DNA of 64,000 bases from Lingula anatina (Eukaryota > Animalia > Brachiopoda). Shown here piece after piece: positions 1-14,041 of this stretch; position 1 is the first letter of the stretch; every line of letters starts with the position of its first letter. The position numbers and the translations under genes are program-made. A model generated the notes under the pieces. It was not told where the DNA came from, searched no databases, and saw nothing but the letters and a program-made list of their open reading frames with translations. The DNA lies in contig CM120648.1 in assembly GCA_051362555.1 (NCBI GenBank), forward strand, positions 2,581,721-2,645,720, written 5' to 3'.

Positions 1-899
1 CCTCGGAAGTGAAGAGCACCAGTGATAATGGTCAAAGATGATAAAGTTGCTTCTGACGACATAGTTCCTTCACACGTCGTCTATCCTGATTATCCCAGAC
101 CTGTTGGCGGCCTTGTAAAGGTGGTTTTGTTCCGTGTTGGAGACGTGTGCTTTTGCTGTAATTCTTGTTTAATAGAAATCAATTTCCTCTACAATACAAA
201 TCAATAAATAAAGTCTTTCCAGTTTAGTGTCCTTAAAAAGGGATCAAACGTTGCTGATATTCTGATACAACAAACAAATAACCGTTTCCATCTAAATTCA
301 TTATAAATATTCTACAATCGTATGTTTTACTTTTCAGTCAAATACACATACTAGTATAGAAACTAATTTCTGCTGGATATGTTTAAAATAATTCCCATTC
401 ACCTGGATTCTGTACCCTTCAAATGTTTAACAAGATTTATTGTAAAGTGCACAAGTTTCACAAAAGGTTTTCATCTTATGTGCCAAGTAAAGATGTTTAT
501 ATGTCTACTTGGGTAGGCGACTGGATAGAAGTTGACTAGCGCTGTAGTCTTGGTCATAGAGCAGTTACAGAGATATTAATTCCTGGCTTTGGCGGCCATT
601 TAGTGCCGTGGCTATACTTTGGGTGTCACAAGAGAGGCGCAATACTCGCGTTTCTGTGTCTAAGGAGCCCCTGGTCCACAACAAACGCAGGTGGCATATC
701 TGGTTATTATCACATCGAACAGTTTAAACCATGCCAAGACAATTTTAGCTTTCTCTAGGGATAAAAAGGCAGACGTATTTTGTCGCACATTAAGGCAAAA
801 TTTAAGACAGACAAGATAAGTGCTGTCTCAGACACATGCCAATGTAGTGCCAAATAAAAGTCTCAAAAGATGCAGGTTAAGGTACCCGTACGTTGTTAA

Positions 900-1230
900 A
901 GGGATAATAACTCTTCGTTTTGGTCAAAAAATAAATTTTCCTGGAGTAAACAACAATTTTCCCATACTTACCAATGGTTAATGAATCCATTTTTACATTC
1001 AAAGTTAGTCCCTGGTTTTTTTCTAAAAAGTTTTTTTTTTGTTATAATCTCTTAAGAGATTATAACAGAGTATAGACATCAATGGAGGTCATGTGGTCTA
1101 AAGACAAGCTCAGATATCAGAATAATAGCCATAACTGCAGTTTTTGTGGTAAAACAGAATATATTTCTGTGAGTTGTTCGCAATGTTTTGATTGTGAAAT
1201 ATAGATCTTATACGAAGAGTTATTATTCCT
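900..1230. mobile_element. Non-autonomous DNA transposon (MITE) flanked by TTAA, Kolobok-like ends
   Basis: TTAA (896-899) + AGGGATAATAACTCTTCGT ... ACGAAGAGTTATTATTCCT + TTAA (1231-1234): 19-bp terminal inverted repeat with one mismatch, TTAA on both sides, no ORF. Confidence 0.75.
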
Positions 1231-4200
1231 TTAATGTTGTGCCCGTTAACCATTGCTCTCAAATGTATAAGACCTGCGTCTTTATCCTCAGTCTATGTTG
1301 ACGTCTAATATAATCCATTACCCATAAATGTCCATTAATGAAGTGGTCTAATATAAATCATATTAAGGAACGTTTTATTTAGATTGCCTTTTCTCAAGTA
1401 TGATGATAGATTCATGTAGGCATGACCTGTAACTATGTCCAAGACAGGCTCTAAGGGGTTTGACGATAGATATGGAAAGCAATCAAGCTGCCAGGACGAA
1501 TACTAGGAAAACGCATCGCTGTGTCGGGTTATCTCCGCGCTGTCAGTCAAGAAGGCAGCGGCCTTAATTACCCTAGAGCGCGCCACTGGAAAGGTCACTT
1601 TGGTTTCTGCGTTTCTTGGGGGGGGGGGGGGTCGTATCGAGCACGGTTGTTACTTCGTGAACTCTTCTGATGCCATCTAACCCCCATTAAATATATGATG
1701 TCACAGCGTACCTGTCAGGAATAGTAATATTGGTTGTAAAAAAGACTTTACCCTTTTGAAATTGATCGATTTTATAACTTACAGGGGGTGGGGCTATACT
1801 TTATAATGAGACTAATTGCAAGCGATGCCAATCTAACAGAATTGTCTGTGTCATGAGCACAAAGCATCTCCGATATCCCTCCCTAATACGCAATGTGCCC
1901 AGACACCAGAGACCACCAAAACTCATTTAAACACTTATTTATAAAGTGCTTTGGTCTGAAATCAAGTTTTTTTCTACAAACCCTCAGAGTCTATTACTTT
2001 GTCTAACATCTCGTATTTGTGTTAAATGAATAAGTCAGTCATTTACTCTCAGCAGAATAGAAATCTGCTGCAAATGTAAATATTTCGTAAAATTGATTTT
2101 TTTTCTCTGTGTGAACTACGTTATGTCTCCTTCAGGTTAATCTTCCTTGTGAATTCTCAATTCCCATACAAATAAAGGCTAAGTAGGTTACGAAATCGAT
2201 CACCTTCCTGTCTGCTCTGGAAAACGTCTTACTTTTTTACCTTTAAGCCATTTTCCATTTTAGATATCAATTAGTTTTAAATGTCACTTTATAAACAATG
2301 AAATAAATACACATTACCATGTGATGACCCAAACAGTATGAAAGATATCAAGAAGATCAATGAGGAAGTCTAATGTCACCTTTAATTGGCACAGAAATCT
2401 GAAGACAACATTTAAATATTCAAATAATTGTAAACAATGTGAAGCAGAACTTTTTTGCGGGGACGGGGGGATTTAAAAAAATTGATGGGATGGCTGTATT
2501 GGTCACCTATAAAATCTTGAGTCTTAAATATTTCAAAAACGGTGATATAAAATTTATAATATAAGCAGTATAATTTACAACAGGCAATTGTGATTAGTAA
2601 CAAAATGTCATGAAATTATGAATTAGTAATATTTCATGATATTTTGTCACTAACTTAATTGTACCCGGTAACGGTGGTATTGTTATGACGAGTTAAGGGA
2701 TAAACCCCCTTCAATGGGGGTATGTATTCTGATCTCGTTAAGTATAGCAAAACCTGTCCTGCATTGACTCCAAGCCATCAGGAACATTGATTGCAAATGA
2801 ATTCGACATCTACGTGTACACTAATCTCTACGCTGGCGCTTTTAGCTAAATTAAAGGTCTGGGGGGCTAATTATCAGTATAATTAGAGAGAAAGCACGAG
2901 GGGGACGCGAGGGGGGACCTTGGTTATATCAAACATTTTGCTAAAAATTAAATGAATGACACGAAAAAAGAAAATGGACATATGAAGAGTGAGGAATTTT
3001 TTGTCATACACCAACTTTGCAGAAAGAGAAAAAAACGACAATTCTCTAGTTAAGTATCCTGTCAGACAAGAAAAAAATTGTTCTGCTAGACCTTACTCTG
3101 TGACCCCCATTTTTAATACGCCACATGAAATTTAAAATGACATCACCAAACACGCCCCCCCATGCATCTGGGCATCCAACATGTACACTTCCTACTAGGT
3201 TAAGTAAAAAAAAAAAAAAAAAAAACCAAAGTCTACGGAAACCACCACTCCCTCTTCCACCGCCGATTTCACGGCTAAAATCACCAGGTGTCAGAGGCAG
3301 ACAGGGACACTGGTTTCTGCGTGTATTTATATGCCATTATCTGAATTGAATGCGAGTTGAACGCTTCCCACGGGTAATTAATGCTCGACGGCGACCTTAA
3401 GGTAATCACCTGTGAGGTCTCTATACTACTGGGAGACGGCCCTGATTAATGTCTGCAGGATTAGTTTATCTCGATTCAGAATAGCGTCTGTCAGCACTGC
3501 GGAAATTAAGCGAAGCAAGGGCGTAGTGCTGGGATTACATGTTAAGGCTTTTGACTTGTAAAAGTGCTTTTTGAAGGTGAAATGGGCTTGGGTATCTTAG
3601 TAGACGAACGTGCAAAGTGATTGGTAGTATTTAAAGATTTGTGGAGAGAATTTAAAAAAACTTACATGTGAAGGAAGTCCGTTTTGCAAGCGCATTGCCA
3701 AAACGTGTCCATTTGGGAGACTAACGTCCTTATCGTTATACACGCGACTGCAGACACTAACCCTTGTTGACATAATGGTTGCAATATGTTAACATACATA
3801 TGCTGTCGTGAAGAAAACAGTGTCAGTAGCATGACAGTAGGCGATTAACCCGATTAAACATCCAGCCTCAGTGCCAACTGGCTATAACGGCATGTCGTGA
3901 TATGTTCTTATATAATAATGGAGTAAAAAGGCATGTTTTTGAGGCATCGTTGGAAGGAACATTGCTGTATTTTTGCAGGAACCTGTATTTGTAATAACTG
4001 CCACTGTACTCGCATGCACGTCAACAATCAGCGAAGATATAATTAGAGGAAAGATAATTACCTCTTTTAAAGCCATTACCAAGCCAAACTACTATCCATG
4101 ACCATAGCTCATGTGTAATATTTTTTTAGCTGAAGGAGCTTTCCAAATAGCCAACACAATGGCTATAATGGTTGTAAATAAACGAATAGTCTACGCTAGA

Positions 4201-4769
4201 GTACACAAAATAATCTTTGAAACTCTTAATCAAATTCTCTTTTCTAAAATGCTTCATTCATTTGTTTTGATTTTGCAAGTTAACTCTTCCTTATCGCGTT
4301 CATTTCATTTTATACTGCAACTTACTGTACTATTACTATTTACTGTAACATATTTTTGAAACAGCATTGCTTTATTTAATGTAAATATAAACGAGAGAAA
4401 CCTTCAAAAGGCATCCCTCTGCAATTTTTTTAGGATTTGCTAACTGCTGTGGCAAATTTGTAAGAAGGAATTTATCCATGCGAATGAGGTACTGTTTTTA
4501 ATTGGACGGGGTATGAGGACTGCCGCAAACTTCGTATGCTTTTGCAAATTTACAGCACCACTTTTTCTTCCAACAACCCGTAAAGAGTTTCTAGCAAATT
4601 GTTTAGTTTGGAGCAAATTTGTTGCAAATATGCTGCAATTTTTTCGTTTTGCTAATGGATATTGACAAAAAATAATAATAAATAAATAAATAAATAAATA
4701 AAATAAAATAAAATCCTCAAATTTGCCCTAAAAGCTTAGCACTTATTTCTCCCTCTTGTATATCTCCAG

Positions 4770-5743
4770 GCAAGCTGATTCCGTTCCTGGAGAACCTATC
4801 CGTGCACGCCTCCAGCCTCTCCATCGTCACCATCAGCATCGAACGCTACTTCGCCATCTGTCACCCTCTCCAGGTCAAAGCCCGCTTCACGCCACGCCGC
4901 AGTGTTATCATGATTGTGATCATCTGGCTGGCGGCCATTTTGGCTACGATCCCCTTCTTTGTGATAGCCAAGGAGAAGGACGAGAGGTACCCGGACGGAA
5001 AGCCCGTGAAGGTCTGTTCCACGGCGATAATTGAAAAGTGGAAAAAAGGTTACGTTGTGACCTTGACCTGCTTGTTTTTTGCACTTCCGGTGGTCATTCT
5101 GCTGGTCATTTACGTGTTGATTTGCCGGGTGTTGGTTGCCGAGAGAACAATCTTCCATTCCACCGGCAATGGTAGAAACTCTAATTCTACAGCCAGTACT
5201 GTTCGCAACCGGCACCAGGTCGTCTATGTCCTGTTGGCAATCACAGTCGCGTTCTTTGCATGTCTTCTGCCTTTCCGGGTCTACTCACTCTGGTTGCTGT
5301 TCGAAAGTCATGACGTCATCCGGACAATCTCATCAGAAAGTTCGCTGAACATTGTCAGTTTTTGTCGGGTCATGTTCTACCTGAACAGCGCAATCAACCC
5401 GGTCCTATACAACCTCTTCTCCACAAAATTCCGCAAGGCTTTCGAGAGGACAATCTGTAGAGGTCAAACAAAAATAAGAAAAGGGCCGAGCGCAAATACA
5501 TCCGTCTATCAAATGGACGAACAGTCCTCCGGCAAGCGTCGGAGTAACCGAAACTCCTGTCCCTTCAGCAAGTGTCAGGGGGGTGGTCAGCAGGTCGCAG
5601 ACGCCTTCATCCCAGCTGACCATGAGGGTGGGAGTGGAGAGCAGAGCCCTCATGTTGATATCGACCACATAGGACCTGAACAACCCATGGTATCTTTGGA
5701 CGAAGTCAATGGTGTCAGGTACCCCTACCCAGAGTATGTGTAG
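4770..5743 (+). CDS. Class A peptide GPCR, ecdysis-triggering-hormone-receptor (ETHR)-like within the ghrelin/TRH/PRXamide receptor group; last coding exon (TM3 to C-terminus)
   Basis: Acceptor tatctccag|GC at 4770, then (C)KLIPFLENLSVHASSLSIVTISIERYFAICHPL (TM3, ERY), ECL2 Cys, TM5 FFALP, TM6 FFACLLPFRV, TM7 FCRVMFYLNSAINPVLYNLFSTKFR, stop TAG 5741-5743. I did not find the TM1-TM2 exon(s) in 1-4769. Confidence 0.88.
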
Positions 5744-7027
5744 ATCCGGTTTGTATGGAGACTGTTGTATAATATCATATCATACGGACAAAGCGGCCCA
5801 GGGAGTTTATTGCACGAGGACGGCGCACTTGAAACTAAGAGAACTTGAAACTCGGAACTAGTAGTTGGAAAAGTGGTAAGGGTTATCTGCATTTAAACCA
5901 ACTACGATTTGGCACTGTGGAACTATTGTATCGAGCAAGAAAGGACAGGGTAACCCACGGCGCCTGAAGACCTGAGACATACTAGAGGACACACTTGATC
6001 ACTTGATGAGTGACATTTAACAATTTCATTGGGCGCAGATATATAAAAAATAGATGCAAAAGAAAACGGTATGCCCGGTTGTTGCATTTCAATAAAAGGG
6101 CATACAGTTTGATGTAAGTGCACATAAACCACCTTTGTACAAAATTGAGAATGTTCTTTTCGCAGATTCGCAAGGTGTCAAATTGGATGAAAAATATCAA
6201 TTACATTTATCTGTTATACGATTATACCGGTGCTTCATACCAAATATGATAATGGTATTCTTCGTTGGTTCTAGCATATTTTACAAACACTATCACTGCA
6301 CAGTTACATTATATGAAGTAGACTTTTTTTTTCACAGAAAAGAACGTGATGAAATGTAGTTTGATTGTCATTATAAGTGTCACAAATACCTGTAGTTTGG
6401 CAAAGAATCATACCAAACCGAAATTGTAATGTGTCCGATACAGTTCATTCTGTCGGTAATTATTATTTGTTACAGGTATTTTATTACTAACTGTAGCAAT
6501 TTTAACTTGTAAATTTTAGATACTCGACAACTTGTAACACCTAAGACACTGAGCCGTGCCGCTGGTTTGCAGAGCAGATTTGGGACGTTTTAGAAATATT
6601 TTCTTTATCATAAAACTTACCTGGCTTTGTGTTTCACGTATACAATGTATCGAATTTTTTTCGTAGATACGTCCATACAAATGCAGTCTATTAAGCTTAT
6701 CAACTAAAATGCAACTCACCTATACATACATGTACATGTATGTGAACGCACACCTCGGCTTTTGTACATTGATGCATTTATATTTCGGTGCTTCTGTGAA
6801 TGAATATTTGCAATTTACAATAAATTCACATAAATGGATTTCATTGTGTTGTTGTTTTGTCTGTCAGTTAGATTATGATATACTGTGAGGAAACGATGGA
6901 CAGCCTTTTATACGCACAGCCTGTCTTTTTACATTTTCAATCTTCACCTATGTGAACTCCTCAGAATTTTTTTCCGAAACACGACAGTACGTGACAGATG
7001 CGCATTCCACTGATAACCCCCAAATCA

Positions 7028-7028
7028 A

Positions 7029-7071
<43 letters not shown>

Positions 7072-7073
7072 AT
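7028..7073. repeat. (AAAT)n microsatellite
   Basis: Directly visible tandem run. Confidence 0.95.
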
Positions 7074-7252
7074 ATACACTCATTCAAAATCACACCAAAG
7101 TTTTATTTTCAGGTCATAGCAAACATGAGAAATTTGATGGTTTAAAAGGTATAAATTTGAAGACCTTTTTTCCATGTAGAACCGGCTTTTTGCATTGCAA
7201 CGTTTTAAGCCACCCCCTCGTTTTTTTTCTACCTCATAACGGTTACTTCTGA

Positions 7253-7299
<47 letters not shown>

Positions 7300-7330
7300 A
7301 TATATAGATAGATAGATAGATAGATAGATA
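7253..7330. repeat. Compound (TATC)n-(TA)n-(GATA)n microsatellite, self-complementary
   Basis: A TATC run switches through TATATA into its reverse complement GATA. Confidence 0.9.
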
Positions 7331-10300
7331 TATACCACCCCACGGGTGAAAGGCATTAAAGAGTACATACATAAAATCGCACGTAAAATTCCCATAGTAA
7401 AATCAAATAATAAAATCGTTGTAATGTAAGTAAAAAAAAAAATTGCAAAATGTGTTCGGGTTAAAATATAAGACAGAGAAGTATTAGAAATTAATCAAAA
7501 TCTAAAAAGCTTTGCATTTGGTTAACAGTTGAACCATGTTATATTCAAATGCACCTGAATATATACATGTATATATTATTTAGATACGTTTTGAAATGAA
7601 ACTAAAAAGGTCAATGTTCGCTAAATCCCCAGACGTACCCAGACGTACAGAAATACCCCTTTTGGCATATGACATGTATCAAAATGTGCGGAAAAGTCAA
7701 AACGGAAGAGCAAAAAACCTTTCGAGACTAAATTAGCTTCAGGGCATGCTGCACACTAAAAGGGGGCTTTGGTACACTTGAACTTGTAGACTGGACGCAA
7801 TAAAGTGCGGTTATTTTAGTACCTGTGATTGCCTCACTCTTCTCTTTCCTTTTGAAGATTTTCAACTAAAGAAAAATCTTAATCTGTGATCACACTCGGA
7901 AAAAACGCAACATAATTGATAGCTTTGGAGGCTGCTTAATTAAGCGTCGAACTCATAACGCAACACTAAGTCATTTTGAAAGATGGGGAAATCAATTGCA
8001 TAATTCATTAAAAAGCTCAACAACCCTTAAAACACCACAGGAAGCTTTTCTAGAACCATCGTACAGATGGCTGGATTTTGAAGATAATGTGAATTCTGAT
8101 CTTGTTGTAACAGGTTGAGTTATAGCAGTTATCGCAGTGAACGGTGGGTTTTACAACCAACGTAGACCACTTAATAAAGAAATCAAAAATTACATTGGGG
8201 CACATGAATCAGACATCCCATCCACCCAATCCTTCTAGCAGCGGCCAGTCGAGTGATATGATCCAATTGTTGTGCAATAATACTGGCAGAAGCGTGCACA
8301 GCTAAAGAAGAACTTACGTGTATCTGTGAATATCTACAGTAAACACAAACTGTCTGTGACCGTGGTAGAGGATTGTTACCAGTACAACCGTTACTGTTAT
8401 TGTCACCAAGATCGAGGAAATTTGTGAGACGTTCATACATTGCACAGTTGATATAGCTAAAACGTAAACTAATGTATCTATTACCCCAAAGTGCACTACC
8501 TTTAATCATATGCGTGTCTTTTTTCTGGGGCGTCATTTTTTTTTTTTTTTTTAATTTTGGGTTCTAATAAAATGCAATTAATGATTTACACAAATAATAC
8601 ATAATGGTTGCTCATTTTCGCAGACTTATCATGTTTTAGGAAAGTTAAAAAATGCAAATTTCATTTTGTGTTATTGTAATTATCATTCTGAACCCGCTTT
8701 CCGGAATGGCGTAGCATGTATTTGAGCTCCGATTTTCAAGAAAATTTCTACACTGGATTCTCCAGTTGTCCAGTAGTGCATGCTCCCACCGCACTGGCTT
8801 TAGTTTCTAAAGACGTGTACGGTGGCTAAAGGTTCACGTACATATAGGACAGCCAGTGGTCATTCTATTGCCCTACAAGCCACTGAAAACCTTCTATCTT
8901 TTATCTGTTTGTTTGTTTGTGTTTTGGGGATGGCATTTGGACTATTGTTGTAAGTAATATTGACCCCCCCCCCCCCCCCGTCTTTGCCCTTAACTTAATC
9001 GTAAAGAAAATGAAAGTAGAAATTAGTTAATTAATGTGTCTGTACGTGTATGGTGAGAAAATGTGTTGGGGCAGCTGTTCAGAACTCCCTGTGGCCCCTA
9101 AGACGCTGACTGGCAGACAAGTAAGACTTCTGATGAAACTGAAGAAATAAAAGGTCAAAAATGTATAAAGATGGAAAAAATTGTAAATCGGTGACTGACC
9201 TCCGTACGAGCCTGTATTGGAAACGGTTGTAACTGACCCCTTTGCGAGCCGTCACTGGAATCGGCTGTGAAAGTTGTTTCAATTTTATTGGCAGGGCATT
9301 GCCCTATTGCGAAGCTCTGTGTCAAATTAAGGTGTGTGTTTTCTTTTATCAGTCTCAGTTCTAACGTTGAATATTCTATTTCCCTTTATTGCGATACCCG
9401 ATTACATTCCGAGTACCAATTGAGAACATTTATGGCGACATTTGTATTCCCGTCAAGTGTTTGCAGTGCCCCATGTAATCAATTTCAGCAGTTCCTTTCA
9501 ATTTCTCGTTCTTCAAGAAATGAAATGTTAGACATAGTTAACTAATTTGTTTGTTTAAATTTCATCGAGAAAGATCAGCAACAACAACAATAGCAACAAG
9601 AAGAACAATAATATAAACAAAACGTTGAGCAAATCCTTCACAATCACACATTTCAGAGGCAATGACCCGTACTGATGGTATGCTGAGGAGCGAGAGGAAC
9701 CATAGGAGCGTTCCTCTTATAACGGTGGGGGAAGGGGGGGCTGGGGGGGCGCTGGGAGTTGGCGCAGAACAAGGCCGCCAATGAAAACAATCATGCTACT
9801 AATAATTATAATAACACCCGTATGTATACAGCTAATACAAAAATTAGCTCAGCCTTAAAAATTAATTTCAGTTACTAGCAAAGACGTTAACGTTAACTAA
9901 GCCACATGTAAAAGCAACAAATTACCAATCAACATACATCACATAATTATCAACCAGTATCACTGACAACCAATGATGAACGCACTTCAAAGAGCCACGA
10001 AATAGATTTACAGAAGAACAGCCCGAGGATTGATGTAACTTAACGAACTGACCGAAGCCTCTATCTACAGGGTATTTTGACCCACCGGAGATACACCGGA
10101 GCCAACTAAAGTCCAATTCAAAGAAATCTGGCATTGGGATTGTTGTTTTTGCGTGGAATTTTTACATTTTAATTTGCATTAAAACAGAAACTCTCTGTCC
10201 GTGCTCTCCTGTGTAGTTTTGTTCGTCAGTTATAAATAGCGACTACGCTACTGTGCGTTTTGATGTTATAGGCATATATACTTTTGAGATAAAAGGTCTC

Positions 10301-13300
10301 ATTTTTTCAAAGGACAATGTGTTTCCTTTGTTTGCTTTGTGGATATGTTCAAAGTGCTGCAGAATGGGTCACAGTGCGGGCAGGACTCACATACTTTTGA
10401 CGTACGTACATTTAGAAACGTACCTGTGGAATAAATTTGATTAAATTAAGCTTCAAGTGTATCAAATAATTAAACGGTGACCTTTCAAAAAAAAATCTTT
10501 CTCTGTTTAGGTCGACGCGATTTAAACGCCAGTCACCTGTGTATGCACATGTGTATTTGTGTTTTTCGAGAAAGAGAGAGATAGAGATAGACCACAGGAA
10601 CCAAACACGCTTCTTGTGAGGAAAAAAAATGAAAACAAGTCAAAACTTAGTGATTGGTTTACTGCCAATTTAGTTTAGCATTGTACAGAAACATGACTTT
10701 TTGTACGTAACGACCGACTTCTTTTCTTTGAACATTAGTAAAGGCAACTGCCATGTCAATTTTAAGCTTTTCAAACTTTCTACTTGCGTGGGGTCTCACT
10801 TGTCTATATGACCCCCTTTTGACCCCAAGAACAAACGCTTTAATCATTGTTAAGGGTTTATCCTCTTCTATGAAAAACATATCCACAGATACGTTTTATA
10901 GCGATTTTGTACCGTTTTAATGTAGAAATTTTCTTCACACCACTTCACCGCCCTGATGAGGGTGTTTGTCGGCTACCCAACTCAGAGCACCTTCAAGGGT
11001 TAATTTCTCTTTAAGTACGGGGTATTTCGGTACAACTGAGAATACCCTCATTACTATAAGAACGGGAAACCAAAAAATATTTAAAGTGGTGCAATACACA
11101 AATTAATAAAAAAAAAATTTCCACTTTTTTAGTCATTCTAAAGAAATGATTGTAAACAAGTGTTTATTGTCACAAAGTTAAATTCTTTATTTTCTAAGTT
11201 CATATTCAACGTTATTTCATGTACATGTCCCAAACGGCACTTCAATAAATGGACGCCGTGAAATGACGTCATCAAATGTCTTCCACAAAAGGGAAACTAG
11301 TTAAATCATGCAAAAAGTCTAATTAATAATGATACCTTAACAACTAAGAATCTACTTCTTGTCTACCAGAAGGGAGACTCGAGTCCTTTTTACAGGCAGC
11401 GGTATTCTCAACTGCAACAGCCCATGAACGAATATGTTCATTAGCTTGGTAGTTGGATCATACATGAAGATTATCAAACACAAGGCGAAAAACCCATACT
11501 CAGATACTGTTAGCTTACGGCCAACCTGACATTTATAAGAGGGTTCTGGCCGCTATACCACCGAGCGGTCAGTGAGCGTCAACATCTGCTCACATCCGTC
11601 TGATGAAGGCCTACGAAATTAGATCACTTATATTTCTTTGTATCATTTGTATCAATGGAACTCACGACTAAGGAACTTTCTGCCCCCTCTTCTGATAACT
11701 CCTCATAATGATATCGATTATAATATTTCTTGTTATTATTTTATTTATTTTTACATATACATGTTTAACTTATACATAGCAACAGGGAGGAAGACTTGTG
11801 AGGCATGTTTCACGTTTCTTTGTTATCGACGTACCGGGGTACTTAGTTAGGTCAGTAATTACATAAGGCAATGGCTATATGGATACCGAAAATATAGCAA
11901 AAAAAAAAATCTTTCAGAAATTTTAGTCATGTACAACAATCTACAACACTTTTAATAGTTTGAAATATGATTATATTTTAAATACTTTGAAACAGATGAG
12001 AGAGATACTAATGAAGTGTCTGATCCACTCAGTACATGTACCATGGTAAATCAAGCCTTCAAAAACTAGCGTTTTAACCCGTCACCACTGCCCTTCACCG
12101 TGACAAATATATTTACCCTCTTATGGAATGTGAGCAGAAAGTATTATGAAATTGACTTAATGCACATACTTGTTAAAATACTTCAAATACTTTGCATTCT
12201 ATTATTAAATACTGGATAAATATAATAAATATGTATTGAAAATTGAAATAATCAATTTTACAATATGAAATAAGGGTGTGAAATGGTGGTCCCGATCCAC
12301 TATTTTTCAACTAAATTCAGCCAAAAATATCATGGCCCCTCAAACAAAAATAAATAAAATAAAAAATTAAAGAAAAATAATAAAAAATAATGATGATGAA
12401 ATAAAACGAATAATTTTCACAAACCATATGAAAAACTCGTCAGCTAAAACTAGTTCACTTGGTAAGATAAACAGCGTTACCTTGATAAATCTACCGTGCA
12501 CGTGTAACGTCCATTGTACCCCTGTATAATGTATATACCTAATCCGCTGACAATAACCAGTATTATAAACTGGAAATACTAGTATGAGAGGAGAGAGGTA
12601 CCCTCTACTGCAGATAAATTGTGTGCATTTTTTTCTTTAATTGTGTGATGAATTAGCTAGAGACATCTCTGTGAATATCTGGTAAAAAATCAATATGTGA
12701 CCCTGGTAGATGGTTAGAGAGAGGCATCTCCCCCATCCAGGTACATGTATGTAGTAAGTAATTTTTATAATATTGTGAAATCTATAAAATTGCCAGCTTA
12801 TCAAGCTGATCAAGTCTATGATACAAATCTAAATACCAGTTATTTTAATAATATTATTCACTGGATCTTAACTAATATTCATCTATTTGTACTTGCACAT
12901 AAGTTAATGTGTATTAGTAATATATAAATCTACTAGTCCTTGTATAGGAAAGTTAAATGGGAAACGTGTGGGAAGGAAAACCAAAAACAACATGGATGGA
13001 CATCATAAAAGAATGGACAAATCAAAAATATAGGTAAAGTAAACGTATGGCACAAGATGGAGAGGCATGGAAATCTATGACAGCCAACCTGCTGAGAGTG
13101 GATGCCACCCAATGAAGGCGATGAGCACTTGTAAATATACTCAGTTATTTTAAATGGACTGGCTTTATATACTAACAGATGACTGCCATGACTATGGCAA
13201 CATTTGTGTCCCACCCTTTGGCAGATCACTGAAACTCATAAAACTGAAGGTCTGTGTAACAAAGAGTCCATCCTTCTTTAAATTATACAAGTTAGGGTTA

Positions 13301-13446
13301 GCCTGATGAAATTGGGTCAAAATCTATGGCGAGGCTTACCTGTGCAAATTAATAGGAACTGGACTCTCTATATTGGGGGACTCTCTGTCACGTCAAAATG
13401 GTCCAGCTGACGGGTCACACAACCAATGATGACGTCACCAGCTTAG

Positions 13447-13652
13447 ACCCCATTTCCAGAGATTAGATCGATCTACTTTAGATAGACCTAACTCCCTGGG
13501 GGTTCATGCTAAATAGCTGTCAGCCGAAAGTTAATTACCCCCTTACAGCTTGTAGTAGGCGGGACGGACATTTAAGCCAGATTATCTGACAGTAATCTAG
13601 TGAGACTCCCAGCGGGGATAGATGGATCTAAAAGCTCTGGGAATACAGCCTT
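13447..13652. mobile_element. ~200-bp MITE-like dispersed repeat, copy 1
   Basis: Imperfect inverted ends (ATTTCCAGAGATTAGATCGATCTA ... TAGATGGATCTAAAAGCTCTGGGAAT); a close second copy lies at 27960-28174. Confidence 0.7.
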
Positions 13653-14041
13653 AGATACATGTAGAAGATATTAATAATGAGGTTTAGCCTGGTGTTCTAA
13701 CAGTTTCTGGAAAGTCCAGAACCACATGTGAAAATATCACCTTTGTTGGTTATTAGAAACAAGGTGTTAAAAAGAATAAAATGTTCAACTCTGTTTGAAT
13801 ATCACATCACAGTAATGTGTAGACACTCAGATCTAAAAATATTTTAAGAGAAAAACCATTGAAATGTAATACTTTGGGAAGAGAAAATGCACACAGGGTA
13901 TGAACCATTTCGATATACAGTATTATAATACTTATCACCTTTGAAATTTGTCTTGGGTTGCTTATTATACTTTAACTGGAAGAACAAACAACAAAAAATA
14001 GCATTTATGAAATAAAAAAATTCAACAAAAACAGGAGAAAT

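Noticed and set aside
1-207. 61-aa ORF and GC-richer stretch at the window start
   Set aside because: No recognisable motif on either strand, and it does not resemble GPCR TM1-TM2.
11590-11625. CTGATGAAGGCCTACGAAA hammerhead-like core
   Set aside because: Stems II and III cannot form properly; at most a decayed relic.
7400-13400. Intergenic region with many 60-117 aa ORFs
   Set aside because: I could not identify domain motifs, a consistent exon chain, or tRNA/rRNA structure.
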